Positions 1-8,794 of a stretch of 64,000 nucleotides of DNA are shown here, piece after piece. The stretch's first letter is position 1. The number at the start of each line of letters is the position of its first letter. Source of the stretch: a virus; the IMG/VR virus record IMGVR_UViG_3300020472_001862, positions 32,001 to 96,000 of that record, one strand, 5' to 3'. The position numbers and the translations under genes are program-made. Below the pieces are notes generated by a model that was given only the letters and a program-made list of their open reading frames with translations, had not been told where the DNA came from and ran no database searches.

Positions 1-1
1 A

Positions 2-877
2 GTCGAAAAAATCTCAAACCCTAAATCAAATTTTAAGAAAGGCGATGACAGGGAATGGAAACCCACAGTAGATAAAGCAGGTAACGGATACGCAGTTATT
101 CGATTCTTACCTTTGTCTCAAGGTGCTACAGATACTGGTGTACCCTGGGTTAGAATTTTCAATCATGGCTTTCAAGGCCCTGGTGGGAAATGGTATATTG
201 AGAATTCTCTCACAACTCTTAACAAGCAAGATCCAGTTTCAGAACTTAATACTGAACTATGGAATTCTGGTGTAGAGGCAAACAAAGAGATTGCTCGTAA
301 ACAAAAAAGACGCCTAAATTATTGGGCTAATATTTTGGTAGTGGAAGATCCATCTAATCCTGAGAGTGAAGGCAAAGTCTTCATTTACAAGTTTGGTAAA
401 AAGATCTTTGACAAAATCCAAGATGTTTTGAAACCAGAGTTTCAAGATGAGAAACCAGTTAACCCTTTCGACTTTTGGGAAGGTGCTAACTTTAAACTAA
501 AAATTCGACAAGTAGAAGGCTATCGTAATTATGATAAAAGTGAATTTGATTCGCCTTCTTCTATTGCAGAAGATGATGCTAAAATTGAAGCAATATGGAA
601 TACACAATATGACTTAGGTACTCTTGTGTCTCCAGATCAATTTAAATCTTATGATGAGTTGAAGTCTAAACTAGACATGGTTCTAGGAACAAAGACTGTC
701 CCTACAGCAGAGTCCATTTCAGCACAAACTAATGATGCTGAGGATGATCACTTTGTACAAAAGGCAACCTCTGTAGAAGCTTCAGCTCCTGCACCAGTAT
801 CCACTCCTGAACCAGCAATTGCTGATGATGAAGATGATACTTTAAGTTACTTTAAACAGCTTGCTGATGAAAAGTAA
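2..877 (+). CDS. gp32: T4-like single-stranded DNA-binding protein (5' end outside window)
   Basis: Frame is open from nt 2 (…DDREWKPTVDKAGNGYAVIRFLP…). HGFQGPGGKWYIENSLTT, KFGKKIFDKI, PFDFWEGANFKLKIR and the acidic tail DDTLSYFKQLA are typical gp32 motifs. Confidence 0.97.
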   Translation, partial: VEKISNPKSNFKKGDDREWKPTVDKAGNGYAVIRFLPLSQGATDTGVPWVRIFNHGFQGPGGKWYIENSLTTLNKQDPVSELNTELWNSGVEANKEIARKQKRRLNYWANILVVEDPSNPESEGKVFIYKFGKKIFDKIQDVLKPEFQDEKPVNPFDFWEGANFKLKIRQVEGYRNYDKSEFDSPSSIAEDDAKIEAIWNTQYDLGTLVSPDQFKSYDELKSKLDMVLGTKTVPTAESISAQTNDAEDDHFVQKATSVEASAPAPVSTPEPAIADDEDDTLSYFKQLADEK

Positions 878-894
878 ATAAAACCTAGAGTTTT

Positions 895-921
895 GGGGGC
901 TCCTAACGGAGCCTTCTTTTT
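895..921 (+). terminator. Rho-independent terminator after gp32
   Basis: GGCTCC-TAAC-GGAGCC hairpin followed by TTCTTTTT. Confidence 0.85.
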
Positions 922-925
922 GACT

Positions 926-933
926 AATAAATA
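926..933 (+). promoter_or_regulatory. Near-consensus T4 late promoter (AATAAATA)
   Basis: One mismatch to TATAAATA, directly after the terminator and 5 nt before ATG 939. Confidence 0.55.
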
Positions 934-938
934 GTATT

Positions 939-1655
939 ATGAAGTACACAACCAAGACAGCAATTAAATTAGCTATATTGTTTTCAGTAGCAATAGGTGG
1001 GTTAGCATATTGGTTCATACAAGGTGCAACAATATGGCAATTTATTTTTGCCTTTATAATGTTGTCATTAGTTTCTCGAATAGCAAATGCAGGTTATCAT
1101 AGGTGGTTAACACATAATCAATTTCAACCTACATGGTTGGGTAAAAATATAATGTTGTATTTTATGGTTCTTACAGGCGAGGCACCACCTGGACATTATG
1201 TAATAGCACATTTAAATCATCACAAGTATACAGACGAAGAAGGCGATCCTCATGGTCCTAAACAAATAGGATTTTGGAATCTTACATTAGGAAGATATGG
1301 AGAAACAAAACCTGTATTCATGCGAAACTATGCTAGAAATAAAGACGCACAATGGGTAACAGAACATTATTGGAGTTTATATCTTGCTAATTGGATATTA
1401 TTTGCATTAATAAATCCTTATTTAAATGTATGGTTAGCATGTATGTTTTGTTGGAGTTGGCTACAGATGATTAATTTAAATTGGCGAGGACATGGTGGCA
1501 CAAAAGGAACACCTACAAACTTAGGTAGAATATCTAATTTGTTTATGGGCGGAGAAGACTATCACAAAAATCACCATGAGAATCCAGGCAAACTTGTTAT
1601 GGGCAAATGGGACACAACAGGAAAATATTTAGTTCCTTGGTTATTAGCAAAATGA
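939..1655 (+). CDS. Membrane fatty-acid desaturase (delta-9/DesC-like), auxiliary metabolic gene
   Basis: Three His boxes (HRWLTH, HLNHH followed by TDEEGDPHGP, GEDYHKNHH) and hydrophobic TM segments. Confidence 0.9.
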   Translation: MKYTTKTAIKLAILFSVAIGGLAYWFIQGATIWQFIFAFIMLSLVSRIANAGYHRWLTHNQFQPTWLGKNIMLYFMVLTGEAPPGHYVIAHLNHHKYTDEEGDPHGPKQIGFWNLTLGRYGETKPVFMRNYARNKDAQWVTEHYWSLYLANWILFALINPYLNVWLACMFCWSWLQMINLNWRGHGGTKGTPTNLGRISNLFMGGEDYHKNHHENPGKLVMGKWDTTGKYLVPWLLAK

Positions 1656-2362
1656 AAAATATATTAGGGTTGCCATTATATCATGTAAGTAATGTAGGCA
1701 TGGATCTTATTCCTGACTTACAAGATTCTATAGAAAAACTACAAACAGAAAAACAACATTGGGATAGACAGAAGAGTAAACTTTCTATATACACAGAAGA
1801 GGGTGAGCATAAATTTAAATTAAAAATAGATCCTATGGAAGGCGTAAAGGGCTGGGAAGAATTACGGAAAAGAATAAAGGACCATGTAATGAATTATTAC
1901 TATTTTACACAGCCCATAGATGATGATTTCCAAGAAGGTCCTGATTCCAAATTAAGAGATTCGTTAAAAAACTTTTGGCACAATTATGCTTGGTATACTT
2001 ATTTTGATGAAACAGATTCTTATGGTTGGCATGCACACACGCAATACTATCTAATTGTTACTTATTATGTAAGAGCAGACGAAGAGCATGCTCCCATACA
2101 ATTTAAGTCCCCCGTATCTGACATGTACACATCTTGGACATTAGGAACAAAGAAAGCAGAACTAAAAGAAACAATACAACCTAAGACAGGAGATATAATG
2201 ATATGGCCTGCTTGGTTAGAACATCAAGTTCCTTCAATACAAGAAAAAATACTAGATCATAGCACTATTGAAGAAAACTATAAATATACAAACAAGAGGA
2301 TTAGCATAACAAATTGTTTCGTTAAACCTCATCAACAATTTTTACATACACAAAGGAAGTAA
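1652..2362 (+). CDS. Putative 2OG-Fe(II) oxygenase
   Basis: HAH…YYV…P.TGD..IWPAWLEH.V…RISI pattern. Start placed at the ATGA overlap with the desaturase stop. Confidence 0.7.
   Translation: MKNILGLPLYHVSNVGMDLIPDLQDSIEKLQTEKQHWDRQKSKLSIYTEEGEHKFKLKIDPMEGVKGWEELRKRIKDHVMNYYYFTQPIDDDFQEGPDSKLRDSLKNFWHNYAWYTYFDETDSYGWHAHTQYYLIVTYYVRADEEHAPIQFKSPVSDMYTSWTLGTKKAELKETIQPKTGDIMIWPAWLEHQVPSIQEKILDHSTIEENYKYTNKRISITNCFVKPHQQFLHTQRK
2279..2286 (+). promoter_or_regulatory. T4 late promoter upstream of lysozyme
   Basis: Exact TATAAATA about 80 nt upstream of ATG 2365, inside the preceding gene. Confidence 0.55.
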
Positions 2363-2364
2363 TT

Positions 2365-2808
2365 ATGAACAGGACTAATGTCTATGAACAACTAAAAATA
2401 GACGAGGGAGTAGTATATGAAATTTACAAAGACCACTTGGGCTACCCGACATTTGGAGTCGGACACTTGGTTAAAGCATCCGATCCTGAGCAAGGACAAG
2501 AAGTCGGAACGCCTATTTCAGAAGAGAGAGTTAAAGCTTGTTTCGAGAAAGACTTGGATATCTCAATAGACGAATGTAAGGCACTATTTAAAGATAATTG
2601 GGAAAGTTATCCTGGCGAACTACAAGAGGTTCTTGTTAATATGATGTTTAATTTAGGACGACCTAGACTAGGAAAGTTTAAAAAGTTTATTGGTGCTATC
2701 AACGAAAGTGATTGGGATAAAGCAGCTATTGAAATGATGGACAGTCGTTGGGCTGTACAAGTAGGACCTAGAGCTAATAGACTCCGTGATAGAGTTCAAT
2801 CGCTTTAA
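2365..2808 (+). CDS. T4-type lysozyme/endolysin (GH24)
   Basis: Catalytic E-x8-D-x5-T pattern (DEGVVYEIYKDHLGYPTFGVGHL), NMMFNLG, DSRWAVQVGPRA. Confidence 0.93.
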   Translation: MNRTNVYEQLKIDEGVVYEIYKDHLGYPTFGVGHLVKASDPEQGQEVGTPISEERVKACFEKDLDISIDECKALFKDNWESYPGELQEVLVNMMFNLGRPRLGKFKKFIGAINESDWDKAAIEMMDSRWAVQVGPRANRLRDRVQSL

Positions 2809-5800
2809 GTAAATCTTCGGTCCATTGCTCTGTGAATGGTACTATCATTGTTTCTAATTCCTGGGCTACCCATAACACCTATAAGTTTATCATCTGATTT
2901 GCCACTTGCTGGTGCACTAGTAGAGTTATTGTTTACTACAACTGGTTGGGGTTGAGCACTGGCCATATCGGCAGCTTCACCACTTAATCGTCCCATGTTT
3001 TCAACTGCTAATGCTGTTTTGTTACCTTCAGCATTAATACCTGCCTCATTCATTGATGCCTGATCTAATGTTCCTGATTCTAGTTTTTGTACCATCTCAG
3101 CTTTAGCATTTCTTTTCTCTTCTAAAGTATCCTTAACTAGTTGCATATCTTCACCTGTTAAATCATCATCTTTTATGATAGCCTTAAGTTGACTTATAGA
3201 TGCGTCTTTAAGTTTTTCTTTATCTATTGTAGACTCACCAAATAATTTTTCGTCATACAAGCCACTTTCTTTAGCTTGATCCATACCTGCTTCTAAGTCT
3301 GTGGTTGTAGTAGCATCTGTAATTGCATTCTTTATCATTCCAAAAGGACTAGCATCAAATGCTTTACCAAAGAATCCTCTATCGTCTACACCCGCTTCCT
3401 TAATGTTAGCTTGTTCGTCATTAATAACATCATCTAAATTTTCACCCTGTGCAACTCTCTTTTCTATTCTAGCTGCTAGTTCTGGATCTTTTTCTTTAAG
3501 TGCTTCTAATGTTTGAGCGCCTGTCTTACCATATATACCTTTAGAAATAGTATCTGCATCTGCGAGTCCTAATGTTAGTGCTGATAAAGCTCCACCTGCT
3601 GCACTGGCAGCTTTCATACCGCCTGTTGCGTCTTTACCCTCTACACCAAACTCATCTGTTTTTCCAAACTGATTAAATGCTCCATAAGCAGCTGTACCTA
3701 CAGCAGCTATTCCTGCTAGTGGACCGGCAAACCTTGCTGCTCCTTTTAATAGTCCGCCTGCTTTACCTGCCAGCCTACCTAACTTGCCTAACTTACCGCC
3801 TCTCTTTTTACCACCTCTCTTACCGCCTCTTTTACCGCCTTTTTTCTTACCGCGATTCATAATCATATCCATCATGCCACCACCACTATCTTCTCCACCG
3901 CCACCGCCTAGGCCACCGGCTTCAATGTTTTGTAGTGACTCTAACATCTGTTCTAGTGTGTCTAATTGTCTTTCTGCAAATGACTCTGTGTCTTGTCCTG
4001 TTCTTTCATCTTTGCCTTTGATAGCGTCTGCAAGTTCATCAAATTTTTCTTCTAAGTGCGTATCATGTGTAAAGATAGATCCTTCTGTTGTAGCTTCTTT
4101 TGTTAAAGTAGCAATGTCTTCTGCTGTAGCTTCTGTGTTCTCTGCTGTAGCTTCTAGATCAGCTATGTTTTCTTCTGAGGCTTTTCGTACAGATCCGTCT
4201 CGGTTTTCTTCTGGAATATTTTTATCTCTCCATTCATCTTTCTTACTAGGATCAAATATAGGCTGTCCAGTCTTTGAATCAACATTTCCAGGTTGATTTA
4301 ATATGCCAAGACCTGTATCACTACTCATCATTCTAGCTTGAGCTTCACCTTGACTCTCTACTTCTAAATCTCTTTGTGCTGCCTCTTTAAACTGAAGATC
4401 TCCTTGAAGGCTTTCAAAGTTAGAAAGTTTACCTGTGTTAGCATCTCCAAAAATACGAGAACTATCAAATACTTGACTCATGGCATTCTTAGATAAATTC
4501 ATTCTACCTATTGTTTGGTTTAGAGTTCTATTGAATACTCCTCCACCTATTGCTTTTGCTTTGGCAAATCCTGTTTTACCTTCAGCATCTTTGCCTATGT
4601 TACCTTTATCAAATATACCTTTAAAGCCTTTGCTATCCGGTGTACCAAATAATCTATCTTTTGATTCTTGTGCTTGAAGAGGATCTCCCTGATTAACTCC
4701 AAAGAAAGCTTTAGTTATGGATGAAACTTTTCCTTCTTTACCTGCAGATGCTTTGTTAACACCTTCCAAGTTTAACATTTTTGCTAAATCTTCTCCACCT
4801 GTAACTTTAAGTCTTTCTATATTCTTAGTTACCTGGCCTCTTAATTCGTTTTGTTTCTTAGGATCTTTATTTTCTTGCATTGCTCCCAATGCTTTTATGA
4901 CGTCTCCTAAGTCTGCCTTGGCATCCTCATTTGCATCTAATGCCTTTTGTACAGCAGCTGCGTTAGCTCCTATATTTTTATTTAATTCTGCTGCTCCTTG
5001 TGAGCCTTGATTTTGTAATCTGTTTCTTGTTGTTCCTACAACACCCTGAGATATTCTTACATCTTCTGCCAATGCTTTAATAGGATCTGTAACTGCAAAT
5101 TTACCGGTATCTACATTTTGAAATTTAGCAGTACCTGTTGTCTTATAATCGCCTGCTCTTTTATAATTAGTTTGACCTACTCTTATTTGTTCGTCTTCTC
5201 TAAACACAAGATTCTGTGTTCTATCAAACATGTCTTGGTTAGGTGATAATTCCTGTCCAGATATTTTTCTTTTATTTAAACTCTTGCCTGTCGTTTTAAC
5301 ATCGCCGGAAAGAGAGCCTATATCCTTTACTCTACTTTCTCTTTTTAAAGCAGCCTGATCTCTTTCAAATTGTCTGGCATAGTCTTCATCGTCCATGCCA
5401 TAGCCTTTACGCTTTTTCTCTGTATCTAATTTCTCCCCTGTGCCTGCTGCACCTTCACCTTGGCCTACGGTTGTTTGTTCTGCAATCTTTCTATCTTTTG
5501 CAGATATTGTTTTCTTCTTTCTTTCCTTTTTAATCTTCTCATCTCTAGCATCTGCTACCTCGTCTTGACCGGCAAACAAATCTCCTTGTGCGCTTTCTTT
5601 TTTCTTTCGTTTTTCAGTAGACTCTTTTGTATTCTTAGCTGCTTGATCTAGGTCTTTTTCTGCTTGTGTTTTTTGACTATCCGGTTTATTAGGTCCAGGA
5701 CCAGGCTTGCCACCCAATCCAGCTCCGCCAATTCCACCTTGTTTACTAATAAGAGCTAAAGTTTTTTCAATTCTATTCAACCCTTCTAGAGTCATTTTGT

Positions 5801-6131
5801 TTTGTTCTAGAATAATTTCTCTGGCTGCTTTACCGCCCTTATCTCTTTTTAATTGGCTAGCTTTTTCTTCCTTTAGTTCTGCTAGATTCTTATCTGCTGT
5901 TTCTTGCGCCTTCTTATTTGACGCCATTTCTTTTATCTTACCTGCAATATCAACAGCTAACTGTATTTTATTAAGTTTATCGTTACCTTGTGCGATACCC
6001 TTAAGGACCGTGGTTTCTTCTTTTATGGCAGCTTCAAGATTTTTAAGCTCATCTGATGAAGCCATATCTTTACCAGCATCACCAACTGCTTTAACCTCAT
6101 CTATTAAACCTTTTAACTTCTTGTCATCCAT
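2805..6131 (-). CDS. Putative tape-measure / baseplate hub protein (gp29-like)
   Basis: 1108 aa, helical and Gly/Ala-rich with amphipathic GxxxG stretches, C-terminal PVVVNNNS motif, located downstream of gp26/gp51. Confidence 0.6.
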   Translation of the reverse strand: MDDKKLKGLIDEVKAVGDAGKDMASSDELKNLEAAIKEETTVLKGIAQGNDKLNKIQLAVDIAGKIKEMASNKKAQETADKNLAELKEEKASQLKRDKGGKAAREIILEQNKMTLEGLNRIEKTLALISKQGGIGGAGLGGKPGPGPNKPDSQKTQAEKDLDQAAKNTKESTEKRKKKESAQGDLFAGQDEVADARDEKIKKERKKKTISAKDRKIAEQTTVGQGEGAAGTGEKLDTEKKRKGYGMDDEDYARQFERDQAALKRESRVKDIGSLSGDVKTTGKSLNKRKISGQELSPNQDMFDRTQNLVFREDEQIRVGQTNYKRAGDYKTTGTAKFQNVDTGKFAVTDPIKALAEDVRISQGVVGTTRNRLQNQGSQGAAELNKNIGANAAAVQKALDANEDAKADLGDVIKALGAMQENKDPKKQNELRGQVTKNIERLKVTGGEDLAKMLNLEGVNKASAGKEGKVSSITKAFFGVNQGDPLQAQESKDRLFGTPDSKGFKGIFDKGNIGKDAEGKTGFAKAKAIGGGVFNRTLNQTIGRMNLSKNAMSQVFDSSRIFGDANTGKLSNFESLQGDLQFKEAAQRDLEVESQGEAQARMMSSDTGLGILNQPGNVDSKTGQPIFDPSKKDEWRDKNIPEENRDGSVRKASEENIADLEATAENTEATAEDIATLTKEATTEGSIFTHDTHLEEKFDELADAIKGKDERTGQDTESFAERQLDTLEQMLESLQNIEAGGLGGGGGEDSGGGMMDMIMNRGKKKGGKRGGKRGGKKRGGKLGKLGRLAGKAGGLLKGAARFAGPLAGIAAVGTAAYGAFNQFGKTDEFGVEGKDATGGMKAASAAGGALSALTLGLADADTISKGIYGKTGAQTLEALKEKDPELAARIEKRVAQGENLDDVINDEQANIKEAGVDDRGFFGKAFDASPFGMIKNAITDATTTTDLEAGMDQAKESGLYDEKLFGESTIDKEKLKDASISQLKAIIKDDDLTGEDMQLVKDTLEEKRNAKAEMVQKLESGTLDQASMNEAGINAEGNKTALAVENMGRLSGEAADMASAQPQPVVVNNNSTSAPASGKSDDKLIGVMGSPGIRNNDSTIHRAMDRRFT

Positions 6132-6136
6132 TTATT

Positions 6137-6280
6137 TTACCAACCTTTATTTCTTTGAGCCTTTTCTTTAGCCTTTTCGGCTTTGTTTTTTAAATGTACT
6201 ATAAGCATTCCTACATACACTTCCCTTTCCCAGGGCATCATATTTTCTAATTCTGTTAGACTATAATGATGTTCCTGCAT
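6137..6280 (-). CDS. gp51: gp51-like baseplate hub assembly protein (not in ORF track; probably the C-terminus of a gp26 frameshift product)
   Basis: Hand translation MQEHHYSLTELENMMPWEREVYVGMLIVHL…GW*. The frame stays open upstream (LSLSQESLDNYYRTNFLL) into the gp26 end. Confidence 0.8.
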   Translation of the reverse strand: MQEHHYSLTELENMMPWEREVYVGMLIVHLKNKAEKAKEKAQRNKGW

Positions 6281-6330
6281 TAACAAAAAATTAGTCCTGT
6301 AATAATTATCAAGACTTTCCTGAGAAAGGC

Positions 6331-7020
6331 TTAGGCGAAAAAATGTTCGTATCCATTAATGTTAACTGCTTGGTCTTCACCACAATGTGGACACTCATAT
6401 TCAATCAACTTCTGTAATACAGGCATTGATCTAATAAACTCTCTCATTTTTTCAAACACATCAATAGGAAGATCATTAATAAATTCATCAACTTCCTCTC
6501 TTTTAACATCTTCAATAAATTGTTCCTCTTCTTCAGTAACAATAGATTCTATACAATGTATAATAGTATCGATGTCTGTTTGCCCTTCTTCCTGTGTAAC
6601 TTTCACTGCACTCGGAAATTTCATTTTTATCATAAATTCATCATTAACTTTTATTTCTCTATCTGCGACTCCACTAAGATCGCCTACACCCATCTCATTT
6701 AGATCTAAAGTATAGTTTATAGTGCCTTGGCAATTACCACATACAAGATTAAAATCCTGACTCTCACCAACTGAGGCCATTCTTATTTTTACAAACAAGT
6801 CTTGTAATTGAAACATTGGCATATTCTCGACATTTAATTTCTCGAATGTGCAATTGTCTACAACTTGAGCACAAGCCTGTACCATCTCTTTGTAGTCATC
6901 ACCTTCACTCGCTAGCATTAGAATCTTTTCTTCCTTAACTAGAAAGGGTCTGTATTTAACAGTCTCTCCAGATAACGCAAGAGTAGTATCATATACTGGC
7001 GTATCTATTTTAGGTAACAT
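6331..7020 (-). CDS. gp26: Baseplate hub subunit / assembly chaperone
   Basis: MLPKIDTPVY…YRPFLVKEEKIL, two CxxC pairs, C-terminal G..FF. Confidence 0.9.
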   Translation of the reverse strand: MLPKIDTPVYDTTLALSGETVKYRPFLVKEEKILMLASEGDDYKEMVQACAQVVDNCTFEKLNVENMPMFQLQDLFVKIRMASVGESQDFNLVCGNCQGTINYTLDLNEMGVGDLSGVADREIKVNDEFMIKMKFPSAVKVTQEEGQTDIDTIIHCIESIVTEEEEQFIEDVKREEVDEFINDLPIDVFEKMREFIRSMPVLQKLIEYECPHCGEDQAVNINGYEHFFA

Positions 7021-7042
7021 AATTTTATTTCTCCATTATTAA

Positions 7043-7675
7043 TTATTTGTCCCATTGGTTTGATATAGAAGATCTATTAGAAGGACTTGTTCCAAAAGAT
7101 TCTATACCATCTCCTTTCTTGGAATCACTAGATTCCCAATACGCTGCTGAGACAATTAGCGTATTTCTAATTGGCGCTACTGTACCACTAGACATAGGTA
7201 CTAAGTTTAAAACCTTTGGCATACATTCATACAAGCGCCATTTCTTTGTAATATTGTCTTGTAAATCTAAAGTAGCAATATCAACAGTACAAGTTACATC
7301 ATCTATATAACCTAGTTCTTGGCTATTAGTATCTGCACAAGCTGATATCCATTCTTCAAAAAATGATCTTAATTCCCAATCATTTGTTGTTAGAAATGTA
7401 AAGTTAATTTCGTTTCCTAAGAATCCTACTTTAGTGTTTCTAAAGAAAGTCCAAGGACCTATGTTAAATTCTTTGTTACTTAATATCATACCTGGGATTT
7501 GTACTTCTTCACAATACAACTGACCTGTTTTAATAGGATCTTTCCTATCACCTTTCCCTACATTTTTGTCTTTTATTTCCCCTAGATTAAAAGTAACCTC
7601 AAACCTATCTGCTCTAGCAAAGGTTCTTTTTTTAATATCTTCTATGTAATTATTAAGTTTATGATTTGCTGGCAT
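7043..7675 (-). CDS. Tail-tube-like baseplate protein (tail tube initiator, gp54-like)
   Basis: AR..RFEV, CEEVQIPG, FFEEW, LYECMPK: gp19/gp54 fold motifs. Confidence 0.7.
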   Translation of the reverse strand: MPANHKLNNYIEDIKKRTFARADRFEVTFNLGEIKDKNVGKGDRKDPIKTGQLYCEEVQIPGMILSNKEFNIGPWTFFRNTKVGFLGNEINFTFLTTNDWELRSFFEEWISACADTNSQELGYIDDVTCTVDIATLDLQDNITKKWRLYECMPKVLNLVPMSSGTVAPIRNTLIVSAAYWESSDSKKGDGIESFGTSPSNRSSISNQWDK

Positions 7676-8286
7676 TATACTTTCCCTACATTAATAGACT
7701 GACGTCTTTTTCTTTCTGGTTTTTCCATTGTTGTTCTATATACTGTTCTATCTGATGCACCAACAAAGTTTTGTACAGGTAAAAATATAGCTGCTTTCCA
7801 ATTTTTAGGATGTACTTCTATCATTTTGCCTGTTATGTTAACAGACAAATATTTTTTAACAGAGCCTCTTACTTCTGGAAATCTACTAAAGTTACTTAAA
7901 TAACTCCAATTAGCTTTTAATTCACTTTCATCTGTTAAGTTTCTATTTGAAGGCATTATCTTATCAATAAGATTTGCTCTTAGTGTAGGAGCTAAATAAT
8001 GTAGGTTAATACCACTAAATCCAGATGGCATTGGTTCTGTAATTATAACCAATGGAACAGTATCATAATATGGTAAGTCTGCTTTCCATTTAGGGTCATA
8101 AGAAAACATATACATTTTTCCTACTGCTAAAGTTCTTGCTTCTTTACCTAAATCTGTTTGGCTAGCCTCTTGAAAAGTATTAACTCCTCTAGCATATTCA
8201 CGAACAGCACGAACATACCATTGGACTGACTTGTCTTGGTGTCTATTGCCTGCCGCTTGCTGTATATCTTTGAATGGTGTAGCCAT
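7675..8286 (-). CDS. gp2: DNA end protector protein
   Basis: GKMYMFSYDPKWKADLPYYDTVPL, GINLHYL, AIFLPVQNF. Confidence 0.93.
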   Translation of the reverse strand: MATPFKDIQQAAGNRHQDKSVQWYVRAVREYARGVNTFQEASQTDLGKEARTLAVGKMYMFSYDPKWKADLPYYDTVPLVIITEPMPSGFSGINLHYLAPTLRANLIDKIMPSNRNLTDESELKANWSYLSNFSRFPEVRGSVKKYLSVNITGKMIEVHPKNWKAAIFLPVQNFVGASDRTVYRTTMEKPERKRRQSINVGKV

Positions 8287-8291
8287 GTAAG

Positions 8292-8299
8292 TATTTATA
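8292..8299 (-). promoter_or_regulatory. T4 late promoter for the gp2-gp26 operon
   Basis: TATAAATA on the minus strand, 5 nt before ATG 8286. Confidence 0.8.
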
Positions 8300-8746
8300 C
8301 TAGATACCGAGTTCTTTCTCCGTAACTATTTTAAATTCCATGCCTTGAGACTTACAAAAATCCTTAGCAGCTATCCATTTAGCTTCGTTAACTCCGTATT
8401 GTGCTATTTCTTGTAAGTATCTTTTAGTTTTTCTTTTGCCTGGCTGTGGAGCTTTTGTAAATCTTTCAGGTTTAACCTCTATTAAATACTTCTTTATACT
8501 ATCTTTCTCTTGTACTTCTATATAGAAATCAACCATATACCTGCGTATCTTATTGTCTAATGGATTGCGATAGGGTATAGCAATCTCTTCTGATACCCAA
8601 CCTTTAATAGAGTTACTACGATCACACCAGTTCATAAACTTTAATTCGTAACTTGATCTATAGGTTATTGAGTTGAAGTCGCCGAGATACTTCGTTGGGT
8701 TCTTAGGAATAAACTTTCCTTTATAAATTTCTTTGGCATAAACCAT
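8300..8746 (-). CDS. gp4: Head completion nuclease
   Basis: YKGKFIPKNPTKYLGD…YRSSYELKFM, RY..DF…IEVKP, N.AKW.AA. Confidence 0.95.
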   Translation of the reverse strand: MVYAKEIYKGKFIPKNPTKYLGDFNSITYRSSYELKFMNWCDRSNSIKGWVSEEIAIPYRNPLDNKIRRYMVDFYIEVQEKDSIKKYLIEVKPERFTKAPQPGKRKTKRYLQEIAQYGVNEAKWIAAKDFCKSQGMEFKIVTEKELGI

Positions 8747-8781
8747 ATAAATAAGACTATAATGTTAAATAACTATTTATA
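8746..8781. promoter_or_regulatory. Pair of face-to-face late promoters (+ 8746-8753, - 8774-8781)
   Basis: Exact TATAAATA on both strands between the divergent gp4 and gp48 genes. Confidence 0.8.
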
Positions 8782-8794
8782 GGAGAATATTTAC

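Noticed and set aside
3790-3855. 12-nt repeats encoding GGKR/GGKK in the tape-measure-like gene
   Set aside because: Short low-complexity coding repeat with no evidence of a separate function.
3301-6715. Many plus-strand ORFs (e.g. 3784-4296, 5707-6171, 6359-6715) opposite the tape-measure and gp26 genes
   Set aside because: Antisense shadow ORFs from codon bias; no SD and no recognisable motifs.
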